DNA of 64,000 bases from Flaccisagitta enflata (taxonomy: Eukaryota), in assembly GCA_965153355.1 (NCBI GenBank), contig OZ231126.1, forward strand, positions 33,108,001 through 33,172,000, in the 5' to 3' direction. The notes beneath the pieces are model-generated. The model saw only the letters and a program-made list of their open reading frames with translations, was not told where the DNA came from and did not search any database. Below, one piece after another: positions 26,419 to 36,699 of this stretch. The position numbers and the translations under genes were made by a program. Positions within the stretch are counted from its first letter, which is position 1; each line of letters begins with the position of its first letter.

Positions 26419-27066
26419 AGACAGGCAGATAGGTTGATGGGCTGATAAAAAGATACGTCGTCTCTTGGAATCTAAACTGAGATTTTACTTTCTGCATTTA
26501 CTTTACTTTTTGATGATAGGATCATCTTTCAACGGCGGCGGATGCTAGCGGACATTACTGATCACATTGAGCTTTTGCATACACGTAGATATATATCAGG
26601 GGTAGCTTAATCTCGTTGAGCGGCTTAGAGCGAGCATGGGAAGTTGGTCAAATCAAAGTTTTGATACTTTGAATATTTAATAATATACCAAGAAAATATG
26701 ATATATATCTCAAATTTAGCTTGAATTATTGTCACCTCACTCTGTTCGAGATTCTAAAAATAAAAATCGATTTTTCTGTTTACACTTTGCGTATCGTTTG
26801 GCTATGAGAGACCTTTTTTGATAATTATTTTTGCTTTTTCTCATATTTTGAAGTTTAAATATGTATTAAACAATTTTCACGTACAGCAAATGTATTGTCA
26901 AGTCTACAGTCATGTTAAAGGCGAGTTTCTCACGATTCTAGTTATGTTTTTTATTTCTCAACATTCCAATTTTAACATATTCAAATATAATAAGATATAC
27001 AACTATTGATCCAATGACGGCAAGCATTATTCCAGCGGACCCTCCGTTCTTCTAGGAAAACTTACT
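25463..27066. mobile_element. Insertion with short TIRs into the family F array (TTA TSD, PIF/Harbinger-like, or alternatively a 5-bp TTTAG TSD)
   Basis: TTA|GGTAAGTTTTC ... GAAAACTTACT|TTA; removing it restores the array unit GGCTTTAGGCTGGG; interior holds purine-rich simple repeats. Confidence 0.55.
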
Positions 27067-27431
27067 TTAGGCTGGGATTTGAGCCATGAGGCTGTGATTT
27101 GAGCTTCAAGGCTGGGATTTGATGCTTGAGGCTGTGATTTGAGGCTTTACGCTGGGATTTGAGCCTTGAGGCTGGGATGTGAGCCTTGAGGCTAGGATAT
27201 GGGCCTCTAGACTGGGATTCGAGCCTCAAGGTTGGGATTTGAGCCTCAAGGTTTGGATTTGAGCATTAAGATTGGGTTTTGAGCCTTGAGGCTAGGATTT
27301 GGCCCTTGAGGCTAGAATTTGGGCCTCGAGACTAGAATTTAGGCCTCAAGTCTAGGATTTGGGCCCCAAGGCCAGGATATGAGCTTTGAAGGGGGTGGAC
27401 AGAGGAGAAGAAGAAGGAAGAGAAGAAGAAG

Positions 27432-28576
27432 AACTAGTCATCCAAGGATCGCACATGGTCAGCGGTACCTGATGCCCTGCTTGGAGTGATTAGCTGCTAA
27501 AGTGGAGTGAGAGCAGAGCAGCGGTCCCAAAGAGCCGATGTCCTGTAGGACACAGGGGTGAATTTCCAGACGTCCTGAGAAGGCACATTTGACGCCTTTG
27601 GGGCTACTTTCCTTGTTATTCATTGAGAACATTGAATTTTTTTCCATTTCATTGTCAATTTTCCATGTTATTCACTCTGAATTTTGTATTTTTTTCAAAA
27701 AATTGTCAAATTTCCATGTTATTCAATAGGGATTTCTCATATTTTTAACTTCCAGTAAATTTTCGATGTTATTCAATGGGAATTTCATATTTTTTTCATT
27801 TCTTTATCAATTTTCCATATTAACAGGTGTGACACAATTATTGGAACTGGACCAAGAAAACTTGATTCATTCAAATTTTTTTTCAATATAATTATGCTTA
27901 TTCTTTACAAATATGAAAATATATGTATCTAGATGTATTTTTTGGTTGATTTTAGTAGTTTTAGTCCATTATAGTTCATCACATTCGATTTTTAATTCAC
28001 TACCTGAAATAAAGAAAACTCCAACCTAAAGAGTAGCACTAAGTTTGGAGAAGTTCTCTACCTAAATGAATTGAGCTACCACATCCAGATTGGTCGCATT
28101 TGAAAGAGTAAAAACAATTCTTTAAAATGGGACCAATCTGGTTATGGTAGCTTTATTCGTTTAGATTTTGCAATATTCCAAAGATGGGTGAACTTTATGG
28201 TGATTTTCTAATGATTTTGAAAAAACACATCTCCATTGTTTTTACCATAACTTGCCTTTACCTAAACCAAAATTGACGAAATTCATGATCAAAATAAAGA
28301 GTTTTTTATGCTCTACCAGATGGTGAAAACTGTTTGTCAATATCTATCATGATATAGATTTGATGACTATTTATCGGAGTTCCAATAATTGTGTCACACC
28401 TGTTATTCAATAGGAATTTTGAATTACTTCAATTTTCCATGTTATTCAATGGGAACATGAGGCTCAGAGGCTTTGGTGGGGGGGGGACGGACGGACGTAC
28501 AAACGTACGGATAGACGTCTGGAAATTCACCCCTGTGTCCTACAGGACATCGGCCCTTCGGGGCCGCTGCCCAAAA
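27432..28576 (-). mobile_element. Family F-related element nested in the outer family F copy
   Basis: ~55-bp subTIRs GCAGCGGTCCCAAAGAGCCGATGTCCTGTAGGACACAGGGGTGAATTTCCAGACGTC and reverse complement at 28515-28572; internal ~50-bp TTTTCCATGTTATTCAA repeats. Confidence 0.75.
27823..28403. mobile_element. TA-flanked MITE with a central palindrome
   Basis: TA|ACAGGTGTGACACAATTATTGGAACT ... AGTTCCAATAATTGTGTCACACCTGT|TA. Confidence 0.9.
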
Positions 28577-28916
28577 AGAAGAAGGAAAAAATTTCCCCTA
28601 TGTGTGAAAGCATAGGTCATCCGCTGCCCAAAAAGTGTAAAAACGCGTATTTCGCTTCTGACCCCCCCCCTCCCCAGCAATGTGCGTGACAGACTGACAA
28701 TCTTATACCTTATTGTCATTTCTTTTTATTTCGTTACAAAAGGAGGCCAGAATTATTCAATAACAATGGATGAAAGCCTTCCAAGCTCTCAATGGTGTTA
28801 ACTCCGACTCACAACTATCTTTTACTATTGGAAAATAAAATACTGTTTCCCTATCAGCTTGATTGCATACCTCACGAGCACAGGGTGGACAGGCCCATAC
28901 CACACAAAATAATTTC

Positions 28917-29224
28917 AACAAGGCCAAGTAGGCAAACGATGCGTCCTTTATGAATGAATGTTGTTTTATGAATAAACTTTTTATGAATAAAAGTTGTTCA
29001 TGAATGAATCAATGAATGAATGAATGAATGAATGAATGAATGAATGAATGAATGAAAGAATGAATGAATGAATGCTTTAGTGATAGAATGAGTGAAAGAG
29101 AATATCGGTGCTGCTTTTGGGAACAAAGAGCCTCAGATTATGCGAATAAAAGGTGTGCATGACGGACAGACAGACCGACAGACGGACACGACCTCTTATA
29201 CAGATGCGAGGACGCATCTAAAAA
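28917..29224 (-). mobile_element. DINE/HINE-like element, family D, with internal (ATGA)n
   Basis: AACAAGGCCAAGTAGGC..GATGCGTCC ... GACA repeats ... AGATGCGAGGACGCATCTAAAA. Confidence 0.78.
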
Positions 29225-29628
29225 GTTCTGACCAAAGATAACTAATGTACTGGTGGAAGTACTGACGCAAGCAATATCGATTAGAAAACCATACCTTTAG
29301 GGCCACTGATAGTGGCAAGAATCGAGGTACAGCCAACTGGGACCAAGATACTGAGATTAATGAAAATTGAAACAACATTGCCTTTATTTTGATAACTGAA
29401 AACCGCCCATATCAGAGGAAATTCATAAGTTCCTTGGGCGTTGGCATCCGGGTATCCGGGTATCAAGACTCTGTACTTATTCAACGCACGTTGATTCACA
29501 CAGAAGGTAAAGTTTTGCTTTTACCAAAGTCAGTGTCATTCCTCAGTGTCTCGGAGAAACCGTTGAGGAACGAGACTAATTTCCACCCGCTGTCAACGAG
29601 TTGGTTCTTTGCATACTCATCACTCACC

Positions 29629-29685
<57 letters not shown>

Positions 29686-29688
<3 letters not shown>

Positions 29689-32019
29689 TCGGCATAGCGG
29701 CCCATACTGGGGGGTAGTATGGACCCTCCCCATCACATCCATACCAAGAGCCAAATGTTCTACTTGGAAATTAGGCCAAAATGGCCTAATATGGCCATTT
29801 CTCAGGTCATTTTGCCTCTACTATGGAATTCACGGTTTTTTTTTCATTTGAGTGAATTTTTTTCTCTGGAACTGATGACAACATTAATTCTATCACCTAA
29901 GCATACATGCCGGGCCAAGGCAAGAAGAAAATCTGGTTGAATTGACCTAATGTGGCCTGATTTAAGGCCAAAAATCCAGTGTTATGATTGGAAATCCAGT
30001 GTTATAATTGGAAATTGCGAACTTCTTTTCTAATCTGAAGAAAATCAACTCGTGAAATTCATGAGGTTTTATTTTCTACATCTGTTGTTACTATGACTAT
30101 CTATTATCTGTAAGCTCTAAATTAAGGGATATCCATTTAAGGATGGATTTTCAACCATGGTTACAGACTCATTCAGCTCGTGGATCTGTCGAGTGTGCCT
30201 AAGCCCCTGAGTGTGTGTGGGAATAAGATGATGAAAGGGGCAGTGGCCCCGGAGGGACCGGTGACCTATTATTCCTCAAAAGACAATTTTCTCTAGTTTG
30301 AGAAGCTGGTTTGGGGTCTGTAAGACCGGATTTGCGGTCTGAGAGGCCTTATTTGGGGTCAAAAGGGCTTCATTTGCAGTCTGGGAGGCCTATTATGAGG
30401 CTTTGGGAGGGGGAACGGACAGACACAGAATCCGCAGATAATTGCCCTCCGGGGCCACTGCCTAAAAGGATTTGAAAACATTAAGCTAAGCTTACTATTC
30501 TGGAATTGTTATGTCAGGTTATATTTTTTCTGTATGGGTATACATGCGGATGCAGTAGCATAAATATTAGGCCGAAATTACCTAACATGGCCAAAAAAGT
30601 GTGTCTTTTTATCTGCGAAAACCTTGTGTGCAGGCATGAAGATTTGGTAAGGGAGTGACAGTTTTTTTTTCTCAAGGAGCATTAGCCTTGTGGACTATTT
30701 ACTTAACAAATGTGTACTCGGCTTCGCTACCAATACCCTAGTCTGGATGAGCTGATGTGGCCAGATTTCAGGTAATTTTTGGCTTCTCCAGGCGTAAGTG
30801 ACATTGAAGAGATACCTTATTAATTCTTCACTTAAGACTTACTGTTGACCAAAGCATGAACATTGTTATCAGATACCGACAGACTGACCAACTAATTACC
30901 ATAGAGTTTCGAGCTTACGATGAAACACAATGTCATTGAGTTACTAGCTCTCAATCAAAAACGTCATCATCAAAATTCAATTAGCATAGTGTTTCTGCAT
31001 CTGTAAAAGCTTTCAACGCCAGAACTCATTTTTTTCAATGGGGGATTCGCGACTGGATAACTTTCAATCCAACAAAGAAGAAATACAAAAAATGCTTTTA
31101 AAATGAGAGTGAGATCCTGTGCAATTATGTTAAGCTAACATTAACAGAAACAACCAAAACAGCAACAACAACATCAACCACAACAACAACCACAACAATA
31201 ACCACAACAACAACAACAACAGCAACACGCACAAAGGCTGAAGTAAATTCGAAATTGACAAAAACGCCTTCTAAAATCACTCACGCCGCTTAAAGGCTAA
31301 ACATTATGATTTACATAATGATTTTTTATTAATTTGCCTTCCAGCTCCAATGACAGATCGAATTCAATGTCAATGAAATGTATTACGTTGAAAATATTTG
31401 GTTATAGAAAAAAAAAGTTGATTCTCTTGCTGCGGTTTACGATTCTGGGACTTAGGGGGGGTAGCAAGAATGTAAAATTTACATTATGAATTTTCGAGGA
31501 AATATGATCATCTATCAGTTATCAAAGTTTCATTCTTCCTGATAAAGATTTAAAGGTGTAAAATGACAGTATTTGGCCTAATCACTTCATCTTGACCTGA
31601 GATTTTGGCTTTCCAGGCCAAGATTGTTTTCATTCAGTGTTGATAGTTTGCAAGATAACAGTGACAGAGAAAAGAAGCTTGAAAAATTATTCTGAACGTT
31701 TAAAAATCGATAAAATGGATTTCTAGCCTAAAAAATGCCTTAGATCAGGCCGTATTAGTTCAATTTGACCAGATTTTTTTCTGGCTTTGGCCTGGCATCT
31801 ATCCACAAGGTAATAGAATACCCGTTGGTATCATTCCTATAGAAAAAAAGCCAATCATACAAAAATGAGCTGTAAAATCCCATAAAAGAGCGGAAATGAC
31901 CTGAGAAATGGCTATATTAAGCCATTTTGCCTAATTTCCAAGTAAAACATTTGAATCTTGGTATGGATAGAATGGGGAAGGTCCATACTACCCCCCAGTA
32001 TAGGCCGCTATGCCGAGGC
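29686..32019. mobile_element. 2.3-kb non-coding element with ~280-bp imperfect TIRs
   Basis: GCCTCGGCATAGCGGCCCATACTGGGGGGTAGTATGGACC... (29686-29968) versus reverse complement at 31737-32019; contains a short family F copy at 30238-30467; no TSD seen. Confidence 0.82.
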
Positions 32020-32067
32020 ATTTTTTCCGAGTAACTAACATTAGGCCATACAGTGGAGAGAGACAGA

Positions 32068-32137
<70 letters not shown>

Positions 32138-32630
32138 CAGTTTTCCTAGTTTACGGTAAACGGCAGCGATGTGACAACAACTAATGTAATCGGCCCTACC
32201 ACGCCCGCGGCGACACAAGCGAAACAACCAACCGAGTGCGTAGTCTTACAAGATATTTATACGTATATATATATATATATATATAAAAGAAAACAATCGA
32301 GGCCTTCTGTGGCTGGGTAGGGGTTGGGTTAGAAGTTATTTCGGTAAGTAACCAAGGGAAGTGATGCAAACCCGGTTAACTTAGACGAGGAAGCTGAAGG
32401 AATTAGCGACCGACCGACCGAGATCGCGAGATCGAGAGAGGGACACAGCGCGCGCAGCAAGAGAATGGAGGGATGATAAGAAAAGGTTGATAAGGTTGAT
32501 AAGGTTGATAAGGTTGATAAGGTTGATAAGGTTGATAAGATTGATAAAATTGAGAAGAATAAGAAGAGGAATGATAGTAAATATCATGCGGGGGAGAAAG
32601 AAAGAAAGAAAAACAAAGAAAAGAAAAGAA

Positions 32631-32674
<44 letters not shown>

Positions 32675-33437
32675 ACACGAGGTGAGAAAAGACGAGGATG
32701 GACGAACGAGACAGGAAGCCATCGTGAGATGTGATTGAACGTGTGATTGAGCGTATGACCAAGCGTGTGAATGAGCGTGTGAGTGAGCGTGTGAGTATCT
32801 TCACAGCTTGAAGTCGTTCCGCAGCCGGAAGTGAGAATTCTGAGTCAATACTTCGGCGTGTGGAGGAGGAGAAGTAGAATCAGAAGGAGGAAGAGGACGA
32901 GGAGATAAATGAGCAATGAGGTGAAAGTCATGGAGCTCGGGTCATGGGGCAAGGTAGTGTCGCGGCGTGAAGAGGAACAGGTTAGGCTATCGTATGTGAG
33001 CAAATTAGTAGGAGATACGTCGGCATGTAGCGGAAGTACTTTAGCCAATAGAAAACATCATCTTTTCCACATGGGAGATAACGTCGCAACAACAAATACA
33101 GAGAAAATTGGGACAAAATGAATGATTCCCTGCACGATTTTGTTTTTATTTCCGAATCCTCCGCCAGAGCGAATTTAATTCGAATAGCTTTGGGTCGTAA
33201 TACATTAAACCCAGCCAACCCTTAGCCCTTTAGAAAACCCTGTTTCTAACCCTAACCCTAAAATAATTCCCAACCCTAACCCTAACCCTAAACCCACCCC
33301 TAACCCTAATTTAAAAAACCGCTTAAAAAGTATTGAAAACTAAAGATAATAGATGATCGTACAATTGTACCGAAAATTGATCTGCTCGACCTCCATACTT
33401 CTCTTGGACCTTGATATATAGCGTGAGAACGGAAGTA

Positions 33438-33614
33438 CAGTTGAACCCCGCTCTAACGGATTTCAGGGAACCCACAGTTTTCTTTTTTTATAGGCAGACT
33501 TCTGTTGTTGCCAACAAAGGAAATAAAACAAATCAATTTGAAGGGACCACGAATTTGTATTTGTTATAGGAGGAATTCCGTTGGTGGCGGGTCCGTTAGA
33601 GCGGGGTTCAACTG
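33438..33614. mobile_element. 177-bp TA-flanked MITE (same family as 6928)
   Basis: Identical 23-bp TIRs, TA on both sides. Confidence 0.92.
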
Positions 33615-33657
33615 TATCTGCCAATAGGTCTGCTCTTGAAACAACAAGAATAACAGC

Positions 33658-33804
<147 letters not shown>

Positions 33805-34330
33805 AACAACAACTGCATGAAACGCTTTATTAAAACGTATTATCTAAGCCTTGAATTTAAAAAAAAACTATCATCCATTATGAGGCTACAACATGCTTTA
33901 TTATGATACGTCATAAAATGCGTGAAGTCTGTTTCCGCCGCCAGAAGGCTTTATCTAAATAATTCCTGTGCTTGTCATCTGCTTTGACAAGCGAATCATT
34001 AAATCTCCATTTAAGTTACGATCATTTCAACGCTTGTTCTTCTGCGAGAACCTCAACGTTCTCAACAAATAGCCTCAAGCAGTCCATGCTACCTGTTCAA
34101 TCATTAACGTGGCTCGGTGACTGTATACTCGACGGCCGTCGTCGTGCGAGGGTGGACAGGGGCAGTAATGGATAAAGTGGGTAAACTAAGGCGTGCCGAC
34201 AACGACAGATTTACGGAAACGGCTGGCCGACCTCTCGCGTGTTACGGACGGACAAATGCAACCACCGACATAAGATCTTTCCTCTCTCTCTCTCTCTGTC
34301 GCTCTGTCTCTCTGTCTCTCTGTCTCTCTG

Positions 34331-34419
<89 letters not shown>

Positions 34420-34875
34420 ACGACACTGAATATTATTGATCTTCATGTTGGAAAACAAACCGACATTCTAATACGAGTGAATTAATCAGCCTCTTGTCCT
34501 CGAATGTAACCAAAACTAACAAACAAACAAATACTGAAAAATTACTAAGGAGACGGAAAAACAAATTAACGTACAAACTGAGAGAATATAGCTGTAAGTT
34601 TTTTCATCGCGTAATTTTGCGTCGAGTTAAAAAAAGAAAGAAGAGAAAACAGCGTAAACAGCTTAAAGTATAACAAAGATATTACGTTTATGGATGAACT
34701 GGGAATAGTTGGTCTTGAAGTTGAAAACAAAACACGAGCCAATTTCCCTTTCGTCTCATTACTTAGTTTTTTCCCCCTCTCCTGTAACTTGTTAGCTCCG
34801 CCTTCTCCGTTCAGCGCCGCCGCTTCATCGCCCGTAATAATGAACGAACAACATGTTGCCAAGTCCTGGATTCAC

Positions 34876-35230
34876 TTTTCAGTCGCGTGCACGCGACTCT
34901 ACACCTAACTCTGTCGGTCGGTCGGTCCGTCGGTCGGTCGGTACGTCGGTAACATTTTCAAAATTTTGATTGTTTTTTGACGGTTTTTAACATTTTTTAA
35001 CATTTTTTAACACTTTTTGACACTTTTTGACACTTTTTAACATTCTACCTTTATTAACCTTTTTTAACATTGTTAAATTTTTTAAACATTGTTAACATTT
35101 TTTAACATTTCTAAACATTTTTTAACATTCTTTAACAGTTTTTAACATTTTTCTAACATTCTTAACATTTAAACATGTTTTTACTCTTGTTTGTCATTTC
35201 CAGACGCACGCGACGGGGCTTGTTTTTTTT
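34876..35230 (+). mobile_element. DINE/HINE-like element with (AACATTTTTT)n array
   Basis: AGTCGCGTGCACGCGACTCTACACCT, (GTCG)n, 10-bp array, GACGCACGCGAC..GGGCTTGTTT; homologue at 38909. Confidence 0.8.
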
Positions 35231-35281
35231 ACGCTTGCATACCTACGCAGCATACCTACGCTGATGATTATAACTATGACT

Positions 35282-35508
35282 AACAAGGCCGGATACACGG
35301 CTACCCCAGTCGCGTGCGGGTGGGCAGGGGCTGTAATTCAGGTCACCAGATCATTTGGGCAGGAGCAGTGAAGCCAAAAACCGCAAAACCCCGAAAAAGT
35401 AAAGTGTGACGGACGGACTGACGGACCGACGGACTGATGGACGGACCAATGGACCGACGGACGGACCGACAAAGCGGGTTGTAGAGTCGCGTAGCACGCG
35501 ACTAAAAA
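35282..35508 (-). mobile_element. DINE/HINE-like element, family A
   Basis: Full-length match to 14843-15044; further partial or diverged copies at 36110-36236, 42781-42995, 50200-50392 and 52555-52713. Confidence 0.85.
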
Positions 35509-35564
35509 GTACACCATCCCATGTTAAACCGCAGCTTATTTGGTCACATTGGGCAATGGCAGTA

Positions 35565-36105
35565 ATGAAATGAAATGAAAACAAGGTTTATTCCCTCCAT
35601 GGGGCAAAAATGGATAACACAGCAGCGCAATGATTATGCAGGGGAGGGGGGATCACACTTAGGCCGGGGCTTCCAACAATGATATATGAGCAAAAAAACC
35701 CAGTTTTCCAGTTTTGGACAGCTTGTCCTGGGCAATCCCCATAAAAGTATGATTTCCAGTACAATGACATTGTACAAACAGGTGAAAAGGAAAATCTGTT
35801 TTATAAAACGACGAGCTACCGGTACGAATACCGGCAAAACAGAGGTAAAGTCCGTAACATTTCAAAACCGTTCGGTTCCAATGACATCACATTCGAAAGC
35901 GTGGCCATTCCTTCTTCCTCGGGCGTCTTGGCGTGCCCCAAAGGCCCTCCTGGTCGAATCCCCAGCATCCCAGTAAATGCCTTTTGGCATTGTGCAAGGA
36001 TGTCTTCTTTTCCAGCAGTCATGGGGTCAGTAACTAGGCCTAGCACTTGGCTGTCAGTCTTTGATTGTAAGTCCGGATGTGAATTTCTTCTAAACATAGG
36101 CCTCT
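35565..36105 (-). mobile_element. Possible 3' remnant of a second non-LTR retrotransposon
   Basis: Minus strand ends AATAAACCTTGTTTTCATTTCATTTCATT (polyA signal plus short tandem tail); no convincing protein motif. Confidence 0.3.
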
Positions 36106-36699
36106 TTTTGTTCTTTTTTTCTTTCATTTTTTGCGGTCTTTAGCCTCACTGCTCCTGCCCAAATGATGAAGCAACCTCAAATATGGCCCCTGCCCACCCG
36201 CACGCGTCTTAGGTAGCCGTGTATCCGGCCTTGTTTATTTTTAAAGTACAGAATTCTTAGCATCTTACAAAAGAATCATGTTAACAGACCATGAGCTGGT
36301 TTGTCAGTTGGTTAGTAGTTCAGTTTTGCTGATTAAGATAGCTTGATTCTCCATAGCACTTAACTTTTGAGTCAGTTGTTGTTTTTGTAGGAGGTGCCCC
36401 AAGTTTCCCGGGGGTGCTGCAAAAATGCAGTGACAGATATGACCGCGTGGCGGTCAGCCGTTAGAACCCCATAGGGGTCAGATGGAGTGCTGCCAGAAGA
36501 CTCCAAGGAGAAATACAAGCAGACTCCGGGGAAAAAAGCTAGAATTATACCAAATGCATGTTGAGCAATTGTTAAATTCCTTTTTCTCATTTTCAGGTAA
36601 AGAACAAAAAGGAGAAAAGGTGTATGGCACAGTTGACCTAACCTAAACCTAACCTGGCCTAACCAAACCCTATCCTAAATAACCAAGGAATTGAGCAAG

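Larger units (their letters stand above)
25029..28633 (-). mobile_element. Family F element with a 20-bp array, host to nested insertions
   Basis: Tail and subTIR at 25029-25140; (GGCTGGGATTTGAGCC..)n at 25160-25462 resuming at 27067-27390; end GTGTGAAAGCATAGGTCATCCGCTGCCCAAAA. Confidence 0.65.

Noticed and set aside
32845..33121. Short acidic ORF region
   Set aside because: In-frame stops upstream, no homology recognised, and purine-rich low complexity.
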